Assembly (NCBI GenBank): GCA_964564205.1
Contig: CAZMAE010000159.1
Location: 1-49,386, forward strand
Direction: 5' to 3'
Source of the DNA: an uncultured Odoribacter sp.
GTDB lineage: Bacteria; Bacteroidota; Bacteroidia; Bacteroidales; Marinifilaceae
Length of the DNA stretch: 49,386 nt
Of this stretch, positions 10,195 to 19,856 are shown piece by piece; the first letter of the stretch is position 1; each line of letters starts with the position of its first letter. Position numbers and translations under genes: made by a program. The notes under the pieces were generated by a model. The model was not told the DNA's origin. It worked only from the letters and a program-made list of their open reading frames with translations, and did not search any database.

Positions 10195-11151
10195 ATGAAC
10201 AGAATCACTGAATTATTCGGCATAAGATATCCCATCATACAGGGTGGTATGGTCTGGTGCAGCGGATGGCGTCTGGCCTCAGCAGTCAGTAATAACGGAG
10301 GCTTAGGTCTTCTGGGGGCCGGTTCCATGCATCCGGAAACCTTGCTTGAACACATCCGGAAAATGAAAACGGCAACCTCCAAGCCCTGGGGAGTGAATGT
10401 TCCCCTGTTGTACCCTGAAATCGACCGGCTGATGCAGATACTGGTAGACGAGAAGGTTAAGATTGTGTTTACTTCCGCAGGAAGTCCTAAAAAATGGACC
10501 CCTTTCCTGAAATCACACGGCATCACCGTAGTTCATGTCGTAAGTAGTGCCTTGTTCGCCCGAAAATGTGAAGAGGCCGGTTGCGATGCTATCGTAGCTG
10601 AAGGTTTCGAAGCAGGAGGACACAATGGCCGGGAAGAAACCACCACTCTGACCCTGATCCCGCATGTTGCTGCACAATGTCACCTTCCGCTGATCGCTGC
10701 AGGAGGCATCGCTTCGGGCAAAGCCATGCTTGCAGCCATGGTGCTGGGTGCCGAGGGAGTACAAATCGGCAGCAGGTTTGCCATTGCCACCGAATCGTCA
10801 GCCCACCCCCGGTTTAAACAAAGGGTTATCGAAACACCGGAAGGAGGCACTATGCTCGCTCTGAAAAAACTGGCGCCTACCCGATTGATCAAAAACAAAT
10901 TCTACGAACAAGTGAACACCTTGGAAAATCAAGGCGCCGATGTCGATACATTGAAGGCCCTACTTGGCAAAGGCCGGGCCAAATCGGGTATCTTCGAAGG
11001 AGAATTGACCGAAGGAGAACTGGAAATCGGACAAATTGCCTCCATGCTGACCCGGGAGGAAACCGTTGAAAAAATCATGAAAGATATCATCCGGGATTAC
11101 CAGGATAAACTGCATGAACTCGTTGCCGGGAGTAGCTCTGCCTCATTCTGA
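10195..11151 (+). CDS. FMN-dependent enoyl-ACP reductase II (FabK) / nitronate monooxygenase family
   Basis: YPIIQGGM, AEGFEAGGHNG, IAAGGI, GAEGVQIGSRF. Confidence 0.88.
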   Translation: MNRITELFGIRYPIIQGGMVWCSGWRLASAVSNNGGLGLLGAGSMHPETLLEHIRKMKTATSKPWGVNVPLLYPEIDRLMQILVDEKVKIVFTSAGSPKKWTPFLKSHGITVVHVVSSALFARKCEEAGCDAIVAEGFEAGGHNGREETTTLTLIPHVAAQCHLPLIAAGGIASGKAMLAAMVLGAEGVQIGSRFAIATESSAHPRFKQRVIETPEGGTMLALKKLAPTRLIKNKFYEQVNTLENQGADVDTLKALLGKGRAKSGIFEGELTEGELEIGQIASMLTREETVEKIMKDIIRDYQDKLHELVAGSSSASF

Positions 11152-11177
11152 AGTTTACAAATTAAAATTCTGTTTTT

Positions 11178-12416
11178 ATGGTTCAATATACCCGAACACT
11201 ACTGGACAATGGTTTGACAGTGCTCTGCAATCCGGACTACAGCACCCCGTTTGTCTCCGTAAATGTTTTATACAAGGTGGGCTCACGAAACGAACAACCG
11301 GAAAAAACCGGTTTTGCCCATCTCTTCGAACACCTGATGTTCGGAGGTTCGGTCCATATCGAGAATTTCGACCATTATGTACAACTGGCGGGAGGAGAAA
11401 GCAACGCTTACACCACCAACGACCTGACCAACTATTATATTACGATTCCGGCAGCCAATATCGAAACGGCTTTATGGCTGGAATCAGACCGGATGGCAGG
11501 GCTGAATTTTTCCAGACACACCCTGGATGTTCAGAAGCAAGTGGTTATTGAAGAATTTAAACAGCGCTATCTGAACAATCCCTACGGAGACCTTTGGCTG
11601 AAGCTCCGTCCCCTCGCTTACCAGCAGCATTCCTACCGTTGGGCAACCATCGGAATATCACCGGAACACATCGAACGGGCAACCCTGGAGGATGTAAAGG
11701 ATTTCTTTCATCGTTTTTATACCCCAGACAATGCGGTGGTAGCCATCAGCGGCAATATCGATGCGGACCGAACAACCGAATTGGTAAAAAAATGGTTCGG
11801 CGACATTCCTCCGGGAACTTCATCCCGGAATGTGATACCTGCCGAACCCGTCCAAACTGCAGAACGCCGTCTGGTGGTTCCCGGCAATGCTGTTCCGGCA
11901 GATGTCATCTATAAAGTTTTCCACATGGGAAAACGCTACAGCGAAAATTTCTACGCCTGCGACATCATCTCGGATATCCTGTCCAATGGTCAATCGTCCC
12001 GTCTTTACGTCAATCTGATCAAAAACAGCCGATTGTTTTCGGACATCGATGCCTATGTTTCCGGCGACGCCGATCCCGGCCTTTTCATTTTCAGCGGCAA
12101 ACTTTCCGAAGGAACAGATATAAACACAGCGGATGCGGCCATCGATGGAGAAATACAGAAATTCCTCGAAGGAGAAATCACCGAACGGGAAATACAAAAG
12201 GTGATCCACAAGACAGAAGCCCGGATAGCATACAGCGAAATCAATTATCAAAATAAAGCCGGCAATCTGGCATTTTTCGAATTTCTGGGAAATACAGAAC
12301 TGATCAATACCGAAGACCAAGAATACCGGAACGTCACCATGGACCTCATCCGGGATACCGCCCGCCAGGTTTTCAGAAAAGAGAACTGTTCAACCTTATA
12401 TTACCTGAAAAAATAA
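11178..12416 (+). CDS. M16B zinc peptidase, catalytic subunit
   Basis: GFAHLFEHLMF (HxxEH), NAYT, LWLESDRM. Confidence 0.92.
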   Translation: MVQYTRTLLDNGLTVLCNPDYSTPFVSVNVLYKVGSRNEQPEKTGFAHLFEHLMFGGSVHIENFDHYVQLAGGESNAYTTNDLTNYYITIPAANIETALWLESDRMAGLNFSRHTLDVQKQVVIEEFKQRYLNNPYGDLWLKLRPLAYQQHSYRWATIGISPEHIERATLEDVKDFFHRFYTPDNAVVAISGNIDADRTTELVKKWFGDIPPGTSSRNVIPAEPVQTAERRLVVPGNAVPADVIYKVFHMGKRYSENFYACDIISDILSNGQSSRLYVNLIKNSRLFSDIDAYVSGDADPGLFIFSGKLSEGTDINTADAAIDGEIQKFLEGEITEREIQKVIHKTEARIAYSEINYQNKAGNLAFFEFLGNTELINTEDQEYRNVTMDLIRDTARQVFRKENCSTLYYLKK

Positions 12417-12444
12417 CATTCATACCTTCATTAACCCGCTTATT

Positions 12445-13728
12445 ATGGTTAACCGAAATATAGCCCCCGCAATACTGCCGATGCTTATTCCCCATCTTCT
12501 TCCTTATCGGAAACTAACGCTGAAGAACGGCCTTGAAGTATTCGTAATTCACGATCCTGCACAACAGGTTTTCAAACTGGATGTCCTCTTCGATGCCGGG
12601 ATATATTATCAGCCTCACCCCCTGGTGGCCTCTACGGCCCTCCAAATGCTGAACGCAGGAACACACTCGCACAACGCCGAAGCCATAGCCGATTTATTTG
12701 ACTATTACGGCGCCTATATCGATTTTACCTGCGGACTGAACCAATCGGAACTCAGCATGATTTCTCTCTGCAAATATGCACCTCAAACCATTAGCATGGT
12801 GGCAGAAATGCTAACCGAAAGCATCGTACCGGAAAAGGAGCTGGAAATTTTCCTGACCAACAAACGTCAGGAATTTTTGGTTTCCAATGAAAAAACTTCC
12901 TACCTGGCCCGGAAAAAATTCTCAGCACTTCTGTTCGGAGACCATCATCCTTATGCCAATCGCATAACAGAAGCGGACTATTGCCGGCTTACCGCAGAGG
13001 AGGTGCGCGATTTTTATCATAAACGTATCCAGACAGGCCATTGGCGCCTGATAGTCTGCGGGAATGCCAGTGACACGGTGCTGCAAACACTGGAAGAACA
13101 ATTCAACCGTCCGGAAAATCCCCGACAACCGGAAAATAATCCGTTCTATCCTTTCGAGCCTGCTCCCATAAACCGGTATCATACAGAAAAAGAAAATGCC
13201 GTACAAACAAGCCTGAGAATCGGTAAATCCGGCGTCCGCCTGACCGATCCGGACTATGCCGGCTTTACACTCCTGAACACGATCCTCGGAGGATATTTCG
13301 GCTCCCGCCTGATGTCTAACATCCGGGAAGAAAAAGGATACACCTATGGGATCAACTCCTTCAATGTCTCCATGCCACAAGGCAGTTACTGGTGTATCGC
13401 CACGGATATCGACAATAAATATACAGAAGCTACGATCGATGAGGTGGTCAAAGAAATCCGGAATTTACAAAACCAGCCGGTGCCCGAAGCAGAATTGAAG
13501 CTGGTGAAAAACTATCTGCAAGGCGATTTACTGAGAGAACTGGACGGGGTTTTTGCCCAGTCGGATTCGTTGAAGCATAAATTGAATTATGGGCTCGACA
13601 ATAACATTTTCCTGGAATTGATCCGGCAAATCAAAGATTGCACCGCCGAAGAATTGATGGGTATCGCCAACCAATACCTCAAGCCAGAAGATTTGTACAT
13701 TGTCACAGCAGGCAAACAACAAAACTGA
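12445..13728 (+). CDS. M16B peptidase partner subunit (non-catalytic)
   Basis: No HxxEH, but keeps GGYFGSRLMSNIREEKGYTY (R/Y motif). Lies in tandem with the catalytic subunit. Confidence 0.88.
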   Translation: MVNRNIAPAILPMLIPHLLPYRKLTLKNGLEVFVIHDPAQQVFKLDVLFDAGIYYQPHPLVASTALQMLNAGTHSHNAEAIADLFDYYGAYIDFTCGLNQSELSMISLCKYAPQTISMVAEMLTESIVPEKELEIFLTNKRQEFLVSNEKTSYLARKKFSALLFGDHHPYANRITEADYCRLTAEEVRDFYHKRIQTGHWRLIVCGNASDTVLQTLEEQFNRPENPRQPENNPFYPFEPAPINRYHTEKENAVQTSLRIGKSGVRLTDPDYAGFTLLNTILGGYFGSRLMSNIREEKGYTYGINSFNVSMPQGSYWCIATDIDNKYTEATIDEVVKEIRNLQNQPVPEAELKLVKNYLQGDLLRELDGVFAQSDSLKHKLNYGLDNNIFLELIRQIKDCTAEELMGIANQYLKPEDLYIVTAGKQQN

Positions 13729-13811
13729 ACACAGCATTCAAATGTGCCGGGAAAAAGAAAAATATCGTATCTTTGATCAATATATTTATCCACTTTTTAA
13801 AGTTCAGGATC

Positions 13812-14327
13812 ATGAAAACGTTATTTTTACTACTGGTGCTTGTGTCGTCCATCGCCTCGCATCCGCTCTCTGCCCAGCATCAGAAAGCAGAAAAAGCAGA
13901 ACAATTTGCAAAATTGTTTCAGGAAACCCAAAAGTTGATAGAGGGCAACCGCTTTAAAATCGTCATCGACCGGGCGTATCCCCAAAACGGAATGGATATG
14001 ACCCGCTTTAACCCCCGGGGAGAAATTATCATCGATGACACCCTTGCAAAAGGGAATCTGCCTTTTTTCGGACGGGCCTACTCCCTTCCTTACGGACAAG
14101 GAGGAGGAATTGAGTTCGACGGACCGATGACCGGAAAAACCATACAAATCAAGAAAAGGAAAAAGAATAAAATGATCTTATACCATTTTTCAGTCCGGGG
14201 ACAAAACGACGTTTATCAAATCAGCATCGACATTGCTGCCGGAGGAAACTGTTCCGTAGACGTCAACAGCAATAACCGCACTCATATCGCTTATACCGGC
14301 AAAGCGGTTCCTTTGGATGAAAAATAA
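13812..14327 (+). CDS. DUF4251 family exported protein
   Basis: Signal peptide MKTLFLLLVLVSSIA and the LPFFGRAY..PYG.GGGIEF motif. TATCTTTG at 13768-13775 supports this start. Confidence 0.82.
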   Translation: MKTLFLLLVLVSSIASHPLSAQHQKAEKAEQFAKLFQETQKLIEGNRFKIVIDRAYPQNGMDMTRFNPRGEIIIDDTLAKGNLPFFGRAYSLPYGQGGGIEFDGPMTGKTIQIKKRKKNKMILYHFSVRGQNDVYQISIDIAAGGNCSVDVNSNNRTHIAYTGKAVPLDEK

Positions 14328-14382
14328 CTTCTTTACCACAGCAACGTATAAGAAGTTAGCGTTTGAAGAAAAATAAAAGATT

Positions 14383-14907
14383 ATGCTTAAGCGGCTTTTA
14401 ACCAGCATCGTTTTTTTGCTGTGGGGCTGGTTCCTTTACGGACAGTCCCCGCATCCTGTCACGGACTTCAGTGAGATCCGGCAACTGATTGAAGACAATC
14501 GTTTTGAAATGGTGTATACCATTGCCACCACTCATCATACTTTCTATTTACAACCGACAACTCCTTATACAGACCAAAATATCCGCATTGCCCGCGACAG
14601 TGCCTTCATCATCATCCGCGATTCCGTGGCGGCAGGCTACCTGCCTTATTTCGGCAACGGATATTCCATTCCGCAAACCGGAGCTAAAGGGATAGTCTTC
14701 AGCAATAAAATGCTGGAATTGACGAAAAGCAGGCAAGGAAGAGGCAGACGGCAAAGCATCTCTTATCGATTCTCAGTTGTCGGAAAGAATGATACATATA
14801 AAATCAGCATCGACATCCGCTACAATGGTCAATGCTATCTTTTTGTCAACAGCCTGAAACGAAGCCCTATCTCCTACATCGGACAAATAGTCGATCAGGT
14901 AAACTGA
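14383..14907 (+). CDS. DUF4251 family exported protein (paralog)
   Basis: Signal peptide, LPYFGNGYSIP...GIVF, and C-terminal RSPISYIG. Confidence 0.78.
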   Translation: MLKRLLTSIVFLLWGWFLYGQSPHPVTDFSEIRQLIEDNRFEMVYTIATTHHTFYLQPTTPYTDQNIRIARDSAFIIIRDSVAAGYLPYFGNGYSIPQTGAKGIVFSNKMLELTKSRQGRGRRQSISYRFSVVGKNDTYKISIDIRYNGQCYLFVNSLKRSPISYIGQIVDQVN

Positions 14908-15193
14908 TCCCTCCCCTCCGTATCCCTTTAAACTTTATTCTGCTCCCAGATTTTATCATAAATGATCTTCAGCATATTGATACTTTCCCCCTCAGGCAGC
15001 CCACTTAAATTGTGAAAAAAAAACAAAATGAATTGTTAAAAAATCAGCCACAAAGTCTTATTCTATCTGGACATGGCCATCGAACCTTCATCAAAGTGTT
15101 TTATAAATCAATTTTTTTGCGTAATCTTGCAACATGAATGGTGTGTAAATTTCTGAAGGGGAAATACACAAATTATTAACAAAATTACTTACT

Positions 15194-16738
15194 ATGTCAC
15201 TTAAAAGAAATATTCTTGACTTAAGGAAGAGGAAAGAGATTGTACTTCAGGGTGGTGGCGAAGATGCAATTAAGAAGCAAACAGCTATGGGAAAACTCAC
15301 TGCCCGTGAGCGCATTGAAGGGATATTGGACAAAGGTTCTTTCCATGAGTACGACATGTTCGTAGAGCATCAATCTAAAGACTTTGATATGGATAAAAAA
15401 GTTCTCCACGGAGACGGTGTTGTCATCGGTACAGGAACCGTATACGGAGAACCGGTTGCTATTTATGCCCAAGACTTCACTGTAGCAGGAGGTTCACTGG
15501 GTTTGATGCATGCCCGCAAAATTACCAAAATCATGGACCATGCCATCAAAATGCGGATGCCGATCATCGGCATCAACGATTCCGGTGGTGCCCGTATTCA
15601 GGAAGGTGTGGATTCGCTGGCCGGATATGGAGAAATTTTCTTCCGTAATACCCAGGCCTCGGGAGTTATCCCCCAGTTATCGGTAATTCTGGGTCCTTGC
15701 GCTGGCGGTGCTGTATATTCACCGGCCCTGACGGACTTTGTTTTCGTGGTGGATAACATTTCCAAAATGTTCATCACCGGTCCCGAAGTAGTAAAAACAG
15801 TACTGGGTGAAGAAGTGACTATGGAAGACTTGGGAGGAGCACGGGTACATGCCTGTATCAGCGGCAATGCCCATTTTTTTGCACCTACCGAACAAGAATG
15901 TTTCGAACAGATCAAAAAATTACTGACCTTCATTCCCTGGAACAACCAACGGAAAGCAAAAGCTTTCCCGGCAAAGGCACCGAAAACCGAATACAATATC
16001 GAGAAAATCCTGCCGGCCGACCCGACCCAACCTTACGATGTCCGCGATATCATCAAGGCTGTTGCCGATGATTCGGACTTCTTCGAAATACAAGAAAACT
16101 TTGCCCAGAATATCGTCATTGGTTTCGGCCGCATCGACGGGGAAACCATCGGATTTGTAGCCAACCAACCCTTGGTATTGGCCGGAGTACTCGATTGCGA
16201 CTCCGCCGACAAGGCCGGACGCTTCATCCGTTTCTGCGATGCTTTCAATATCCCGCTGGTTACTTTCGAAGACATGCCCGGTTACCTGCCCGGTGTTGAA
16301 CAGGAATATATGGGCGTGATCCGCCATGGCGCCAAAGTGTTGTATGCTTACAGCGAGGCTACCGTACCCAAGATAACGGTAATCCTGCGTAAAGCTTATG
16401 GCGGTGGTTATATCGCCATGAACTCCCGACACCTGAAAGCCGACTTTATGTTTGCATGGCCTACAGCCGAAATTGCGGTGATGGGACCGGAAGGAGCTGC
16501 CAATATCATCTTCCGGAAAGAAATCAAGGAATCGGCCAATCCGGAGGAAACCCGCAAGCAAAAAGTTGCAGAATACCGGGAAAAATTCGCGAACCCATAC
16601 GTTGCCGCTTCCAAAGGATACATCGACTCTGTCATAGAGCCTTCAGAAACGCGCCTGTTGCTCAAACATTCTATCGAAGTTTCCGGCAATAAAACGGTGA
16701 TGACCCCGTCTAAAAAACACGGAATCCCTCCATTCTAA
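15194..16738 (+). CDS. Acyl-CoA carboxylase carboxyltransferase beta subunit (PccB/MmdA family)
   Basis: GKLTARER, DSGGARIQEG, RKAYGGGY, KKHG.PPF end. Confidence 0.93.
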   Translation: MSLKRNILDLRKRKEIVLQGGGEDAIKKQTAMGKLTARERIEGILDKGSFHEYDMFVEHQSKDFDMDKKVLHGDGVVIGTGTVYGEPVAIYAQDFTVAGGSLGLMHARKITKIMDHAIKMRMPIIGINDSGGARIQEGVDSLAGYGEIFFRNTQASGVIPQLSVILGPCAGGAVYSPALTDFVFVVDNISKMFITGPEVVKTVLGEEVTMEDLGGARVHACISGNAHFFAPTEQECFEQIKKLLTFIPWNNQRKAKAFPAKAPKTEYNIEKILPADPTQPYDVRDIIKAVADDSDFFEIQENFAQNIVIGFGRIDGETIGFVANQPLVLAGVLDCDSADKAGRFIRFCDAFNIPLVTFEDMPGYLPGVEQEYMGVIRHGAKVLYAYSEATVPKITVILRKAYGGGYIAMNSRHLKADFMFAWPTAEIAVMGPEGAANIIFRKEIKESANPEETRKQKVAEYREKFANPYVAASKGYIDSVIEPSETRLLLKHSIEVSGNKTVMTPSKKHGIPPF

Positions 16739-16765
16739 AAACAGATAGGATTAGAAATTTAACCC

Positions 16766-16805
16766 GTCTGAGGAAATCGGGACATTCGCCCTCATTTCCT
16801 CAGAC
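16766..16805. repeat. Intercistronic inverted repeat, 12-bp perfect stem
   Basis: GTCTGAGGAAAT / ATTTCCTCAGAC, with no U-tract. Confidence 0.8.
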
Positions 16806-16864
16806 ATGATTAAATTTTTACACCAGAGCATCTTGATAACCTGATAACTTAATAAGGAGGAAAA

Positions 16865-17188
16865 ATGACTGTAAAACTTGAAAAGTTCATGCTGAACGGC
16901 GTGGAATATAAAACACAACTCACCCAGAAATGGATTAACCGGAAAAAATGGGAAGAGCCCAATCCTTATCTGTTGTGTTCACATATTCCCGGCACCATTA
17001 TGCATATCGAAGTGAAAGAAGGCCAGGAGGTACAAGAAGGAGACGAACTACTGACCCTGCAGGCTATGAAAATGAATAACAAGTTAACCGCGCCATTTGC
17101 CGGTAAAATAAAAAAAATCTGCGTAGCCGTGGGAGACAAAATCCACAAAGGCGCTTTGATGATAGAACTGGAAGATAGCGAAGCCTGA
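16865..17188 (+). CDS. Biotin carboxyl carrier protein
   Basis: LQAMKMNN biotinylation motif. Confidence 0.92.
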   Translation: MTVKLEKFMLNGVEYKTQLTQKWINRKKWEEPNPYLLCSHIPGTIMHIEVKEGQEVQEGDELLTLQAMKMNNKLTAPFAGKIKKICVAVGDKIHKGALMIELEDSEA

Positions 17189-17343
17189 TTCAAATTCAAT
17201 CGTAAACGATGGTGTACCAATTACCTTAGGAACATTTTGCCGGTAATTGGTACATTGTTATATTTAATGCGGTCCGAAATCTTCTTGGCTGTTCCGTCAG
17301 CCCCAGAAGAGACCGGACCACTCATCTATATAAATAAAAGAAC

Positions 17344-18267
17344 ATGAGTTTTTTCGTTGCCAAGAATATCATAAAAAACTACGCAAACCACCGGGCGCTG
17401 GACAATGTATCTATCGAAATTCCGGAAGGAGCCATCTATGGTTTGCTGGGGCCTAACGGAGCCGGGAAAACTTCTTTGATCCGCATCATCAATCAGATCA
17501 CAGGACCCGACTCCGGAGAATTATTTTTCAAAGGGAAAAAGCTGGAACCTTCAGACATGAACCGCATCGGATACCTGCCCGAAGAAAGAGGATTGTATAA
17601 AAAAATGAAGGTGGGCGAACAAGCCGTGTACCTGGCCCGGCTCAAAGGAGTGAGCAAACACGATGCTATCCTGCAGCTGAAAATCTGGTTTGAAAAATTC
17701 GGCATCGAAGAATGGTGGGACCGGAAAGTGGAGGAATTATCCAAAGGAATGGCTCAGAAAGTACAATTCATCACAACCGTACTACACGAACCGGAAATGC
17801 TGATTTTCGACGAACCCTTCAGCGGTTTCGACCCCATCAATGTGGAATTGCTGAAAAAAGAAATCTTGGAACTCCGGAAAAAAGGCACCACCATTATTTT
17901 TTCTACCCATAATATGGCTTCTGTAGAGGAAATATGCAGCCATATCGCCCTAATCAATAAATCCAAGAAAATTATCGAAGGACCGATCAATCAAATCCGG
18001 AATAAATATGCAAATAATACATATCAGCTGGTGTGCCGGCATGAGGCAGGATTACAGCTTCAGGATGCCATCGGCAAAGAATATGAAATATTATCTGAAA
18101 AAATAGAAGACGGCCAACATGAAATCATCCTGCAACGACTGGAAACTTGCCCGGTCAATACGCTTTTGAAACGGCTGCTGGACAAAACTGACATCATTTC
18201 CTATCAGAAAATAATTCCGGGAATGAACGACATTTTCATTAAATTGGTAAAAGAGGGGAACAACTGA
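17344..18267 (+). CDS. ABC-2 exporter ATP-binding subunit (YhaQ/NatA-like)
   Basis: GPNGAGKT, LSKGM, FDEPFSG, and a DUF4162-like tail. Confidence 0.92.
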   Translation: MSFFVAKNIIKNYANHRALDNVSIEIPEGAIYGLLGPNGAGKTSLIRIINQITGPDSGELFFKGKKLEPSDMNRIGYLPEERGLYKKMKVGEQAVYLARLKGVSKHDAILQLKIWFEKFGIEEWWDRKVEELSKGMAQKVQFITTVLHEPEMLIFDEPFSGFDPINVELLKKEILELRKKGTTIIFSTHNMASVEEICSHIALINKSKKIIEGPINQIRNKYANNTYQLVCRHEAGLQLQDAIGKEYEILSEKIEDGQHEIILQRLETCPVNTLLKRLLDKTDIISYQKIIPGMNDIFIKLVKEGNN

Positions 18268-18336
18268 CAATGCAGTCCGGTATTCCGGATCAAAAGGATG
18301 TACTCCATTCAAAACCCAGATTAGTAGCTATTAAAC

Positions 18337-19686
18337 ATGAATAAAACACTTATCATCATCGGACGCGAATTTACAACCCGCGTAAGGAAAAAAAGTTTTC
18401 TGATCCTCACCCTGACCGTACCTATTTTACTAGCGGCATTCTATGCTTTTCTGATGTGGATGTTGCTGAAGGAAGATACCCAGGAAAGAAAAATTGCAGT
18501 GGTAAACCTATCCGCTATTGAGGAGCCCTTGACCCAAATAAATAATAATACTTTTGAATATACGAATACGGATATCGCTGAAGCAGCCGCACCCACTTTT
18601 CTGCAAACCCATAATTATTATGCCATCATCCGGATTCCCGAAAATGTAATGGATCATCCGGACATTCCGGTGTATTCGTTTTCTCAGCTACCCATGGAAT
18701 TAAAAAACGAAATCGCGGCACAACTACGGAAAAAAATCGAAGACATCAAAACAGCCGCCGTGATTGCAGAATCTCAGATCCCGGACCTGGACAAAAAGCT
18801 GGCTGCAACCCAAACCCCCGTGCTTGTCCGTACGCTAAAAGTTTCAGCCGACACCGGAGAAGCACAGGAAAGCTCATCGGAAATCGCCTCAGCCCTAGGA
18901 CTGATTGCAGGAATGATCATTTATTTTTTCATTTTTATGTACGCCTCGCAAGTGATGAAGGGGGTGATAGAAGAAAAAACCAACCGGATCATCGAAGTGC
19001 TGGTTTCCTCCGTTAAACCGTTTCAGTTTTTACTGGGAAAAATTATTGGCGTTGCAACCGTTGGTTTGATGCAATTCCTCATCTGGGTAGCATTCGGTCT
19101 CCTTCTACTCATCGCCATGCAGGCGTTCTTCCTACCTAACCTTGACTTGGAAGCCTTACGGAATGCAGGAAACATAGCAACCGGGGTACCGGAAATTACA
19201 GGCAGTAATCAATTGAATGCCGAGCAATTGCAACTCATTCAAAAAGTTGCCATGACCATAAATCCGGGCTTTATCTTCAAATTTCTGGGTGCATTTCTAT
19301 TCTATTTTATCGGTGGCTATCTGCTCTATGCCTCCCTTTTTGCTGCCATCGGAGCTGCTGTGGATAATGAAACCGATTCCCAACAGTTTCTGACTCCTCT
19401 GTCGATCATCCTCGTAGTCGGTTTGTACATCGGATTCGCCGCTATGAAAAGTCCGGAATCCCCATTGGTATTCTGGAGCTCGCTCATTCCTTTTACCTCC
19501 CCGATTGTCATGCTCGTCCGCATTCCTTTCGGAGTTCCCGGCTGGGAATTAATCTGCTCCATGCTGCTGCTCATCGCTTCCTTCATTTTCTTTACCTGGC
19601 TATCCGGAAGAATATACCGGATCGGCATTCTGATGTATGGCAAAAAAGTGACTTGGAAAGAACTGTACAAATGGCTGAAATATTAA
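18337..19686 (+). CDS. ABC-2 exporter permease (YhaP/NatB-like)
   Basis: REFTTRVR, EEKTNRIIEVL, IPFTSPIVM, IYRIGILMYG. Confidence 0.92.
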   Translation: MNKTLIIIGREFTTRVRKKSFLILTLTVPILLAAFYAFLMWMLLKEDTQERKIAVVNLSAIEEPLTQINNNTFEYTNTDIAEAAAPTFLQTHNYYAIIRIPENVMDHPDIPVYSFSQLPMELKNEIAAQLRKKIEDIKTAAVIAESQIPDLDKKLAATQTPVLVRTLKVSADTGEAQESSSEIASALGLIAGMIIYFFIFMYASQVMKGVIEEKTNRIIEVLVSSVKPFQFLLGKIIGVATVGLMQFLIWVAFGLLLLIAMQAFFLPNLDLEALRNAGNIATGVPEITGSNQLNAEQLQLIQKVAMTINPGFIFKFLGAFLFYFIGGYLLYASLFAAIGAAVDNETDSQQFLTPLSIILVVGLYIGFAAMKSPESPLVFWSSLIPFTSPIVMLVRIPFGVPGWELICSMLLLIASFIFFTWLSGRIYRIGILMYGKKVTWKELYKWLKY

Positions 19687-19690
19687 CCAC

Positions 19691-19790
19691 TAAGGACGTT
19701 CCGGGATTGGCGCAATCCCGGAACGTCCTTAACCAGCCTTGGCGGGCAAATAAAAATTCTCCGAAATCCAGACTCTGAATTTCGGAGAAT
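19691..19790. terminator. Two adjacent hairpins between convergent genes
   Basis: 19-bp perfect stem at 19691-19731; ATTCTCCGAAAT/ATTTCGGAGAAT at 19756-19790. Confidence 0.7.
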
Positions 19791-19856
19791 CAAATTCCGG
19801 GACCATCCGGACAGGAAACGGTTACCCATCCCTTTCGCAGATCCCTTTTCCGGTCG

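Noticed and set aside
13638..13811. N-terminal extension of the first DUF4251 ORF
   Set aside because: It overlaps the M16 gene and the promoter; the signal peptide starts at ATG 13812.
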